Source: Raillietiella orientalis
Taxonomy: Eukaryota
Reading direction: 5' to 3'
Length of the DNA: 64,000 nt
Assembly (NCBI GenBank): GCA_036172245.1
Contig: JAYWIR010000009.1
Coordinates: 620,001-684,000 of the forward strand
Of the stretch, positions 49,771-60,434 are shown in pieces. Position 1 is the stretch's first letter; every line of letters starts with the position of its first letter. The position numbers and the translations under genes are program-made. The notes under the pieces are model-generated. The model did no database searches, was not told the DNA's origin, and saw only the letters and a list, made by a program, of their open reading frames with translations.

Positions 49771-52700
49771 AGGAAGAGGTCCTTCGAGAGCAGAATGAAG
49801 TGCCCGCAGCCTCCGACATGCAGGCATACCCGAGGCAAAGTGATGATGTGGTCCTCATTGACCCCTCTCAGGAGGGCAAAAGCGACGAGGCCTCCCAAAA
49901 GCTCACAGCCAGGTCCATGATCGTCCTGGACATGGACTTCGACGGCCTCGTAAGTACTCCCTACTTTCCAGCCCCACCTGTTCCTGACTTCCAACTTTGA
50001 GCGCCGGAATCCCGTTCCCGTCTCCCTTTCGAAGGGGAGCTCCTCCCGTCCGCCGCTGGTTTGGACCGATCAGAGTGGCGCGCGGGGCCCAGGAATGCTC
50101 GTCCCCATGGCGAAAAGGCAACTCGGGAAAGGGCCTCTCCCTCCGGGCGAGCCGTTTCCACGGAAACGCTTTCGCGCAGTCTGTTCGATCCCTTTCGTCG
50201 CTGGCTCGTGCCTCTCGATCCTGCGAACGCCGACGGGGCGAAAGCTGAGATCTCGCGTCCAGGCCCCTCTGGGCAGGCACGGGGCCGGGATAACTCCCGG
50301 AGTTTCTCCGGGACCCCTGTTGCTGAGCGGGATGTGAGCGACGCATGATCCGTCCTTCGTGTGCCGAGTTGTCCACGCCCGCCCGCAACGGCGCTACGCG
50401 AAGTTGCTCGCGGGCGTGACATGTGCGGGCCGCTCGCAGCCGGCAGCGAAGGACCCTTCCTACCTCCGCCGTTCGACTCGTGGCAACGCATGCTGCTGCA
50501 TAAAGAGCAAGCCGGACCATTGGGAATAGGATACGCTCGTTGAGGTAGCCGCTCGGAGACCTTTGGGGCGAAGTAAGGCGATTCCCCTCCCCCCCCTCCC
50601 ACTTAAAAAAAAAAAAAAATCAGGAGTCCAGACTCCTATGGTGCCCTCTTTTCTTGCTACACTGCTGCCACCTCGAGAAGTGGATGCGCCCTGTTTACCC
50701 CGTGATGGCCACCCCCGGATGAAACTCTTCGTAGACGTCCGAAGCAAAAAGACTGCGGCGGTGTGTTGGGTTGACCGAACCTGATCGAAGGAAAATCAGA
50801 AACGGAAGTGCCCCGCTTCTTCTTGTTGCATTGAAGAGGAGGGAAGGATTTTTCGACTCGGCGGTTCCCGAAACGCTGCCGTCGGAGGGCAGCGTTCCAT
50901 CCTCAGTGCTGCTTTTTTTCCCCCCAGGCGCCTTCCAGCTTCAAGCGCCCGTCTCGGAAGCACGGAGGAGCCTGGACAACCAATGAGCCTGCGGTGAGCT
51001 GCAGCTCGTCTCAGAGGCTGCGCAGATCAAGGAAGGGCTCGAGAGGAAGAGATCTCTTTCAGGAACTTCCGCGACAGGAACAAGCGACCAGCGGTAACGC
51101 GAGCACCTGACTTAGAATTGCCCATGAGGCGCAACCACGCTGTGGACCCCGGAGAAGGTTCCTCTAAGTCTGAAAAGCTTGATGGTGACCACACAGTGAG
51201 CGCTTCCAGGTGGAAACCAGGTCACGAGCTATGCATGCTGGATGGGGGTAGAACCGCATTGCAAGAACGACTGTGCCCGATTTGGCGGCTGTGTGCTCTG
51301 CGCGACACCAAGTCGCTGCGGGTTTGAATTCCACTCGAAGAAGAGTCGAAATGGATGCGTCGTGGATTCGGGTTCATTTAGCAAGATGACAGTGGTTGAA
51401 CTTATAGGCTTCGAGTGCGACACTGGTGGAAGCTGAGAACCGGATGCTCTCGTTAAGCGACCGGGATTAGAGCCGATTGATACCTCTCTAGAGTGTCCAA
51501 GGAGCGCGCTGTTCCCTTCTGGGAGCGTCCCTCAGATAAATTTTGAAGTGCTCCTTCGAGGTTCTCTTCAGAAGAGGAAACGAGGAGCGGATCCTTTCCG
51601 GGGGTTCCTCCGAAGAGAATAAGGAAGACGTTTTCTTCGGTGTTCCCTACCAAGAGCACGGGAGGAACGGCCTCCTTCCTCTGGAGCCTTCCTGGATTCC
51701 ATGGGGTAGTCCCTTGATGGCTATTTTCCAACTTGAGGATCACACGCGCCCTCAGGTGGCGTGGACAGCGTTAAAGAGTTTCGTGAGCACCCCCTAAGGA
51801 GGGGAACGGTTCTTCAGCACGTGCCTGCGAACCAAAGAAAGGAATGACTGCGGCAAAGGGACTGGTCCCATAAGAGGGGCGTTGCAAACGGAGGCAAACC
51901 GTGGGTTGTGTGGCTGAAAGTACAGATTGCCAAGGTGTTGTTCCTGGACACGTAGCGTCCCCTGCATAGTGGGTTCTTGACGGCACCGCATGTCACTTTG
52001 TGCTGCTGCTCGCCTGCCAGAAGGTAATAAGAGATGAATGATCGCAATTCACTGGAAACTGAAACTTTGCTCCCTTCTCGAGATTCTGAAGGATGATTTT
52101 CCATGGACCTGGTAATTTTCTTTGTGTTCTTTTCAGGAATACTTCGTTTATGGATCTTTCGGTTCAAACATGCAGAAACTACCTTTGCTGGTGGACACAC
52201 TCAGCAAGGATATTTGGGTGACAAACTCAGGGGCCCAGACGCTCAATCGAGCATTAAGTGAGATGAACCCTTGTTAGAAGGTCCTGAACTGTTCCTCAGG
52301 TAAACGTCAAAGGGGACTCAACTACTCCTCAACATTTGTGCATCGCAACCGACCTTATCAGCGCAGTGGGCACTTCGGAAGAGTGCATGGAAACTGGGCC
52401 GCAACCGTTCTCAGGGTGAGTTGAAGTTCAGCTGTAAAGACCTTCCAGGTCAGCGGCCTCTAAGCAATCGATATGTTATTCCTTGGTGTGCATTTCGCGC
52501 AGTGGAAGCTCCGGTTGTTCCCGAGTTCCCGTTTCGGTTCCTCGTCCCTCTCGAGGAAGCAGGCCGTTTCTCGGAGTGTTTTTCGCAATTACACTTCATC
52601 GTCGCGAAACACGTCCGGGTGGAATTCTCCCGCGGGACTGAGACTGCCTCTCTCGACAAAGCGACACGAACACGCTAACACGCACCCTAGACCAGGCCGG

Positions 52701-55700
52701 GGGTGGTCGCTTGGCGAACACCACGTAAGACGCCGCGAAACATTTCTCCAGAGCTTCGCTGACCGATGCCACCGAAATTACGCACCGCGGCTCTTTCGCG
52801 GTGGTTTCGCTTGCTCCCGGAGGTTCCTGCCGAACGGCATCCGATGCGTAGGTGGATTCCCGCTTTGCTCGCTCACCCATGAAAAGGGGAACAGAGGCGT
52901 GACTGGCTTTCCGAACGACGGCTTGGTCTCTTCGGAGACGCCGCATGCAGCGTTCCCCCTGGGCTGCGACCTCCCTTCAAGAGCGAAAGGTTTCAGGTGC
53001 GTGCGACGCACGTCAGGAAACACTTTCTCATCCAGAAAGAGAGGTTGCAAATTTCCACCCTTGACTCACCTACCGCTTGGGAACCACCCATTCGCGTTTC
53101 ACCCTGGCGAGGGGAGAACTCTGAAAAGGAAGCGTTCCTTACCTGGTCTTTTGCTGGGAAACGCCGAGGTTCCTGGCAGTTACAGTTCATTCCTGAGGAA
53201 ATGCACATCACGTAAGCTCCAGACAACTTCTGTTTCCGGATGGCCAGATGTAAATCCACCCTAGATGCGTGCTCGCAGTCTCCGATCACAAAGCTACGCC
53301 GAAGCTTTCGCGAAAGAGTTCACAATGCACCTTTTCTCTCTCAAACGTTATTCTCGTTGCTTCGAGCCCTCGTGGTCAGTTTCTCAAAGATCGGGAACCA
53401 CGTCGTGAGACGAGCATGCGCAGTTCATGGCCGAAGAAAAAAAAAAGAAAGGCATTTCCATTTTCTCCCTCTATCTCTCTCTCTCTTTTTTTTTTTTTTA
53501 TTTACTTGCAGGTAGGAGACGTCAAAGTCTCCGAGAACCAAGCGTTTGGACTGATCGATAGGGTTGAAAACCAAGAATACGACGTAAGGAGAATTGATGG
53601 CGTGCTTGGGTTGTCCCAATCTAAAAAGACAAGTGACGACGTCTTCCCAAGTTTCACCGAAAACCTTCGTAACCTGAAGCAGATTCCTTCGAAAACATTC
53701 TCCGTGGCAATGAAAAGGTACATTCAAAAGATTTAAAGCTTCTGATGATATTCGCGGTCGTACAATTTTGGGCGCCCGTGAGTGCTTTGACGGCGTATGA
53801 AAGACGGCTGCGAATACGACCGCTATCAGCTTACAAGAGAAAATTCTAGAGCTGTGTGTCTAAGGGGAGAGGGAGAGAGAGAAAAGCTTTCACAAGCATC
53901 CCTGATATCGGAAAATGTCGAAGACTTCATGAATGAATCGATGTGGAAGATCCGCAAGCGCCTTTCCTACTGGGCAGACTTCCTGATGATGTTTGCCAAT
54001 TGCTACGAACAGACCGTCATGCAGTCGTGAATTCGTCGCAAGTCGAGAACCTTCCGGAAGAATCAAGGAACAGAGGGCCTCCCACCGTTGGCAATTCTGG
54101 TGCAACACCCCTACGTTCCTCACCGGGCGTGCGAGCACCGTACTCGAACATGAAACAACCTTGCTCCCGCTTAGAAGGTACACCTTCGAAACACCACCGA
54201 GCGGAAATTTCGAACCTCTCCAGCGACGGAGACGGCGTGTTGCAACACTTTCTTAAGATCAAGTGGGGCCCCCGGTTGAACCCCCACAGTATGTCACCAG
54301 AGGAAACCCAGCCATGGTGTGAACCCGCAGTAGGGAATCTCTGATTCCAAGCATGGAACTCGCTGCTGCCTTCCGAATTCGTGGGAGCAAACGAAAAGGC
54401 TAGCGAAAAGTCAGGCGTACCAGGGACGCCTCTATGTACACCACGAAACCTCTGCGGTGCAAGGCCAGCGTCTGCTTCCAAATCCCGAACGATCCCGAAA
54501 GATCTTAAAACTAAACACATATCTTCATTAAATATATTCACATATAATAATGTATTAATGTATAGTGTAGATTCATGTATAGTTTAATGTATAGTTTACT
54601 GATGAATGTATAGTTAACTGTATATTATAAATCTAAAAAAATAAATATGGATGCTTATCATGTACATCGGCATATATACTTAAATGTGCATGAGTATACG
54701 AATGTATTTTAACTGATGTTTACTAACACATATATTATCGATATAATTAATCATATGTATTGATATATTATTAATGTATTGAACGAAAATTAAATATTAT
54801 TGGAAAATAAGTATATACGTTTATTGTATAGATTAATGCACGTAGTAAATATATATGAAATGAATATATAAATGGCGAATTTTCAACTTTCGATAAATTT
54901 CGATAAAAAATTGTGAGAATTCAAAATGGCAGATTAAAATGAAAAAAGCAAACAAATTAAAAAAACGAGACAAAAAATTTGGTACTTCCTTTTCCTGTCG
55001 TTTCCAATACTCAGTAAGTGACACTTCCCCTGGAAACGGCAAATTTTATTTTCAGGATTTCGATCTTTCGATAAATATGTATGTTTATAATTCGATATAT
55101 ATATATATATATTCACTTCGTATATATTTATGATATGTGTAAATATCAATTAATGAAATACATATATTTATTGTAATAATCTTCCATATATATAAATCAT
55201 TTATTAATACACATTTATATCAATACTGTGTATGTTAATAAGTATTAATGAATATGTATGTTATAATGAATTTATTTATTAATTTATATAGTAGAATGGA
55301 TAATATACGCATATATCTATTTTTCATGATCTCAATAATATATATACGAATATATATATATAATATGTATATTTATAATTTATTTATTTATTTATTTAAT
55401 AAACATATTATAAATTATATTAAGAATACTTATCTTGATAAATATTAATAAATATGGATGCTAGAATACATTTGTGTATTGATCTATACATAGATGTGCA
55501 TATTAGTATGCATAATAGACATATGTATTTTTTTTTGGATGATCTTTCGGGATTTTGATCGGCAGCGAGGAATCCGAAGTTCCACCTCGTGAGTGGCTCG
55601 CCTGTATCTACTGGGTGGTTGAATTATTCTTTCCGTTCACGTGAGCTTGTCTCTTTGTCATTCATCACCCGCCATCACGAATGGGTGCTATCGAAACCAT

Positions 55701-57011
55701 TTCATCCTCGGGAGAAACACAGGACACTACGAAGACAGGACACTCGCAGGAGCAAGAGTTGTGCGCGTGAACCATCGAGCAGGCGAGTCCCGTGCCAGGG
55801 GCGCTAAACGACGACCTCCGATCCCAGTCGTCGGGCATCCCGGTCCGGAACCCGTGGCAGGTCGAGCAGCAGAGCTCCCCGTCCGCTCCACCGGGCGTTT
55901 CCAGCGTGATGCACCCAAGGTCTCACTTGCCGGCGGGCGCGCAAGCTCCAGGATCACCTTCCCGCCTGCACGCGACGCGGGTCTCGCGGGTTCCCGCTCT
56001 GAGCGTCCACCGACGAGAGGACCTCGCTGACCCGAGCGCACTCGGCGCTTCCCCCGCCTTCAGGCCGACTGCGGATGGATGAGAAGAGCTCGTGCGGCCG
56101 CGGGCTCCCCGCCACTTGATTGGTCTTCTCGAAACCGGAGAGCTGAGGATGACCTCTCAGCTCCGCCCCGTCGGCAGCAGCCGCTGCCTCTCTGCTCCTC
56201 CGCGCGCCTCTCCCGAATTCCAGAGAGCCCGGCGGGGAGCGTCCGCGCGAATCAGAGGCAGGGCCGCGCGCGGCGACGAGCGGGGCGCTAAATGACCGCT
56301 GCCTTCCTTTGCAGAAGCTCAGAGTCCTCGACGTGCTTCAAAGGAACTCTGACGATCGGCGCAACGATTCCGAAGAACAAGCAGCCCATCGTGATCGCGA
56401 AGCCGTTCGACTCTGGGTCGTGGGTGTTCCCACTCAACAAGTAAGAGAGCGAGCGAGTTCGGGGGCGCGGGACGCGCGCGCGCCCGGTGGCAACACCCCG
56501 TCGAACGATCGCGCTGCCGTCCTCAGGGTGCGCTTCGGCAAAGTGAACCTCTGCGAAAAGCAGTGCAGGGCCGTGCCGTTCCCGGGATGGCACGGGATCC
56601 TGTTCTCCAGAAATTACCACACTCTGGTGACCAGCGAGATCGACCGATACAGGTCGATACCGGAAGCCGAGTCGGTAAGCATCTTGGCGACCGTGTCGTC
56701 TTCGTCCACCCTCACCGCTTCCCTCCCCCAGAAAAAGGACCCGTTGAAGTTCTTCTTCAGCATAAACAACAAGAACTTCGAGATTCCCTACAGCAAGCTG
56801 GTGGGAAAGGTAAGAGTCCGTCGCGCTGAACCACGGAGTCGTTGAGCGAACGTATCCCCGGAAGCTGAGCACGGAGATCCCGACGGACGAGATCCTGATT
56901 TCTGAGCATGAGCTGGGCGCAGACCTCATCATCCTGGGAGACGTCTTCTTCGCCGAGTTCCACTCGTTCTTCGACTTCAAAAACTCGAACATCCAGCTGT
57001 TCAAATACTGA
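49771..57011 (+). CDS. Pepsin-like (MEROPS A1) aspartic protease homologue, predicted catalytically inactive; 5' end unresolved
   Basis: Phase-consistent exons 49771-49949 (...IVLDMDFDGL), 52137-52257 (EYFVYGSFGSNMQKLPLLVDTLSKDIWV), 52300-52415 (YSSTF...GRVHG), 53512-53717 (VGDVKV.ENQAFG...IDGVLGL...FSVAM), 56315-56440 (GTLTIG...SWVFPL), 56527-56674 (LCEKQCRAVPFPGWHGI), 56732-56809 (FFSINNKNFEIP), 56865-57011 (IILGDVFF..FHSFFDF.NSNIQL). No stops in the joined frame. Confidence 0.85.
53890..54270 (+). pseudogene. Possible decayed glycosyltransferase family 54 (MGAT4-like) fragment inside the protease intron
   Basis: DFMNESMWKIRKRLSYWADFLMMFANC resembles F.DS...VR.R.KQN.DY.FL..C. After frameshifts: RIKE...WQF...FLTGR, YTFETP, GVLQHF. 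Weak, by-eye similarity only. Confidence 0.28.
54520..55535. repeat. Extremely AT-rich low-complexity block in the protease intron
   Basis: (TA)n-like tracts; taaatatggatgct recurs at ~54642 and ~55449; sharp borders with GC-rich flanks. Confidence 0.85.
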
Positions 57012-57289
57012 GGAGACTTGAAATACACTTGAGGTTCCCTGATGACTCCCGCTCGCTGCAGCCGCCACGGGATCCCGCGAGAAGGAACCGAGGGACGCGC
57101 GCGAGCGGTGCGAGCCGAAGTCCCATTCGGCTGGGGTGGACTGGCGGGATCTTCGCGGCGGGAAACTCATCCCGGGCCGAGTTCAACTTGGCTATGTCTG
57201 GACCGGGCGACTCCCTGCCCTGATCGGATGATCAGGAAGAGCGCGCGAAAGACCGACCTGCGTGATGCAGAGCGCTTCAGGATGCAGCA

Positions 57290-57505
57290 TGGCAGCCTCG
57301 AGGCGTTTCCGGAGGTAGCCGCATTCCAGCAGCAGGTGCACGGGAACGTTTCCCAGCTGCCCGCAGCCGGCTCAGTTCCTCCTCGTCCGGCGATGCCGAC
57401 ACGGGTCTCGCGCGGCGACTGGCGGCGTGCAGGGGCCCTCCTGTCGTGCTGTCATCTGAGGGGAAGAACTTGAAGCTGTCCAGTTAGCAGTCCTGGACGA
57501 AAGAG
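57290..57505 (-). repeat. Older diverged partial copy of the 1.28-kb repeat
   Basis: gaggcgtttcc...gcaggtgc...tttcccagct.ccc.cagcc...ctcctcgtccggcgatgccga...gtgctg.ca.ctgaggg...gctgtccag parallels 59460-59720. Confidence 0.75.
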
Positions 57506-58899
57506 AGTTGTCCTTCATCCCTTCCGTTCTGATCTGCTCGGAGACCTCCTACGTGTCAGGAAACCGCCATTCTGACTCGAGGGACGCGGCGGCATAGGAT
57601 TCACCATGCTCCTGGTAGAGTAGCATCCCACAGGATGCTCCGGCGACCCTTCTTATCCCGTCGAACCTCTATTGCTTCGCGTAAGGGGCACGGGATCATC
57701 CTAGACCCCTCAGAGCAGCAGGAGCTCCCAGCTAGTAGCAGCTGCTCCCCGGCGGAATCGGCTGCAGAGCCAGCGCGGAGGACAATGTCTCATCTCTTCC
57801 TGACGGCCATGCAGACACGGTTTCGGTCGTAGTCAGGCGGCGCGGTCGGTGTAGTCCCTCTTCCTCTGGTTTCAGATGATTCGTGGAAAACTCGGACTTC
57901 CATCCTGCCGTCATCCCTTTCTTAGGATCAACAATGTCTTTGGCTTTTAATCAGCCTCTTGGTCACGTCTTCAAATAGGGGAGGAGAGGGGACAGGCAGC
58001 CATCGATGGCGATCTCTCCCCTCAGGGTTCTGTCCACCACCCTGACCTCAGCGGCTTCCGGACGAATTCCATCTGCGATCCTCTAGACTTTCCGGTCCAC
58101 GGGGCGACTTTCGTCGTGGACGCCAGAAATCCATGGGGCCAGATGAGCCACGAGGCGCCCCAGCACGCTCTTTCCCCCCGCCAACCAGCTGCTCACCAAA
58201 AAGGTGCCCTCGGCGTCGTCGGTTTCCTGGAGATCTGCTCGGAGAGGGGTTCAGGAATGCCTTAAGCTCCCATCTTGATCAGGACGCTGAGGACCTCGGC
58301 TCAGAAAGCTCGGGCATCTATGAACCCACTGCCGAAGCCCACCCAGAACACTCTGTTTTTCGGCAGCGAGCCGAAGAGCACGTCCTCCCAACGAGCCCGT
58401 CTCCCGTGGCAACGGCCAGCCCGTCACCTCGCAGGTTTAGCAGTGCTGGACGGGGAACCCCGAGAAGGGGGGCGCACGTTGCACGCCCTACCTCGGCCAG
58501 TCCTCTCCCCCGGTGCGTCATCGGGGCAGCGGGCGTCCTGGAAGAAGATCCGTCTCCATTTGACTTCCTCGTCATGGGGGGCTTCGCGGAGGCGTCTCCA
58601 GGGACGCCACGGACCTGGACAGCCCTCGGCTCCTGCCATGGGAAGGCAGTCTCCAGGAGTTCCACCCGGGCTCTTGGAACAGGAAGCTCTCGAGCACTCT
58701 TTTTATGGACATGGACGCCACATCGACTTTCCTTGGAAAGGCAGTCCCGCGCTGGAAGGCGACTTTGGCAGAAATGGAAGTCTTACGAAGCAAACCGATT
58801 GGAGCGGAGAGAATGTGGTGGAAGTAAAGACTTAGGCGCACGGAAATAGCTATCGGTTACACGGGGAGGAGAATGATGACTCCTACAAATTCAGAAGCT

Positions 58900-59125
58900 T
58901 CTTCTTTCCTACTTTCCTTCCTTATTCTGCTTCTTCTTTTTTTCTCTTTTTCTTCCTCTTCTTCTCTTTCTTCTCTCTTCTCTTCCTTCTTTTTCTTCTT
59001 CTCCTTCTCCTTCAGCTTCTCCTTTCGCCTCTTCTTCTACTAGTAAGACTACTATTATTACTATCATGACTTCTTCTTCTTCCCCCTTCTCCTCCTCCTC
59101 TTCCTTCTTCTTTTTCTTCTTAAGC
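58900..59125. repeat. Polypyrimidine (CTT/CT) low-complexity tract
   Basis: Near-pure C/T on the plus strand with a short ACT-repeat insert. Confidence 0.85.
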
Positions 59126-59157
59126 CCATCAGCGAACGCACAATAAAAGAAACAAAT

Positions 59158-60434
59158 AAAAAGAGAGGAAGGGAAAAGGGTCACCGGTCGCAACCTCCAC
59201 GACTTCTGAGACCTGCGCGAGATGAAGGCGGCGCTCTCCTCGACTCCATCGTCAGGGAGGCCTTCTCCAGCGTTTATCGCGAAAGTCCGCGGAGTTGCTG
59301 CGCGTGGTCCTTCTTCCCTGCTACGCAACTCGTCACCATCCCGGAACGCCACGGTCCTCGTCCAGACGCAACGCAGGATCGGACAATCCGGGGAACGGGC
59401 GAAAGACCGTCCCGCGTTCAGCAGCCCTTCCGCAGTGTCTCCTGAGTGCAATGCGAGGCTGCAGCGAGGCGTTTCCACGAGCTCCGGAGGTTGCCGCATC
59501 CCGGCGGCAGGTGCGTGGGGGAGTTTCCCAGCTACCCACAGCCAGCCGACGCAGTTCCGGGAGACGTCCTCCCGGGAGTCCTCCTCCTCGTCCGGCGATG
59601 CCGATGCGGGTCGCCCGGGTGCCCCGGCGCGACCGACGGCGTGCAGCACCCTTCTTCGTGCTGCCACCTGAGGGTGGAAAGACTGTCGGAGCTGTCCAGG
59701 TCAGCAGTGCCGGACAGAAGAGCGTCCCGCTATTCCTGGTCAACGGAGAGGTCCTTGAGCGCGAGCGCCGGGTGTCCGCCTGCCGTCGGCTGGCTAGCTT
59801 CGTCGCTCCTGCCGCCGGCAGCTGCAGTTCCCCTCCCGCAGGGAGAACAGCTCGGCGGTGGCTCGGGTCCGCTTCTTCCGATCCCTTCCCTCTTCCTCCA
59901 GGGAGACTGTTGTTCCCAGGTTGCGGATGGAACGACGGTATAGCCGCCCCGCGTCAGCGCACGTTGCGCGGATCCTCTGGAGCAGGCGGAGGTGAGGCTT
60001 CGAACTGCGAGCGAACGGGGAGAACCACCTTCCCCTTCCTGGAGCGTCCTTGACCCCTAGAAGGACCGTCCGTCCCGACGATTCCCGCAAGGGTCCCGGG
60101 AGGTCGCTTCCATCCCCGGCCAGTCGGAGGGGGTAGCCGGTTCCCCCCTGCGAGATGGCTGCACCTCGAACGTCACGGGGAGGGACCTGCCTGCATCCTG
60201 GACAGGATGCCGAGGGCGCCAGGGAGGTGGTCGAGGCCGCTTACCTCGTTTCCCTAATCTGTTTGAAAAGCAACGCTTCAGGCTGCTGCTTCTCTTTCGC
60301 TGTTTCTCTTTTCGCCTGCGTTTGCCCTGTGAGAAACCCTCTGGTCGAGATTCTTACGAACAGGAATGCCCTTTGGCCTTGTACCGAAGGAGGAAGACCG
60401 TTTTCTTCTTTATTTGAATCCTGACACTTTTTTG
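59158..60434 (-). repeat. 1.28-kb repeat, copy B (inverted relative to 39915-41192)
   Basis: Reverse complement matches copy A with only a few substitutions and a 1-bp indel noticed. Identity drops over the innermost ~40 bp. Confidence 0.95.

Noticed and set aside
52112..52136. Apparent 25-nt GT-AG intron before the DTL exon
   Set aside because: The upstream in-frame sequence has a stop; the donor at 49950 gives a pepsin-like junction instead.
55680..55782. NGCYRNHFILGRNTGHYEDRTL as an alternative protease exon
   Set aside because: Faintly pepsin-like, but it lacks a good AG acceptor and its end phase does not fit the next exon; 56315-56440 fits.
58909..59667. 252-aa ORF with K/E-rich tail and mirrored ORFs at 40259-41228
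   Set aside because: Product of the inverted repeat plus a CTT low-complexity tract; the frames are not conserved between copies.
39915..60434. Giant TIR/composite transposon
   Set aside because: The repeats are retroelement-derived; no target-site duplication and no transposase between them.
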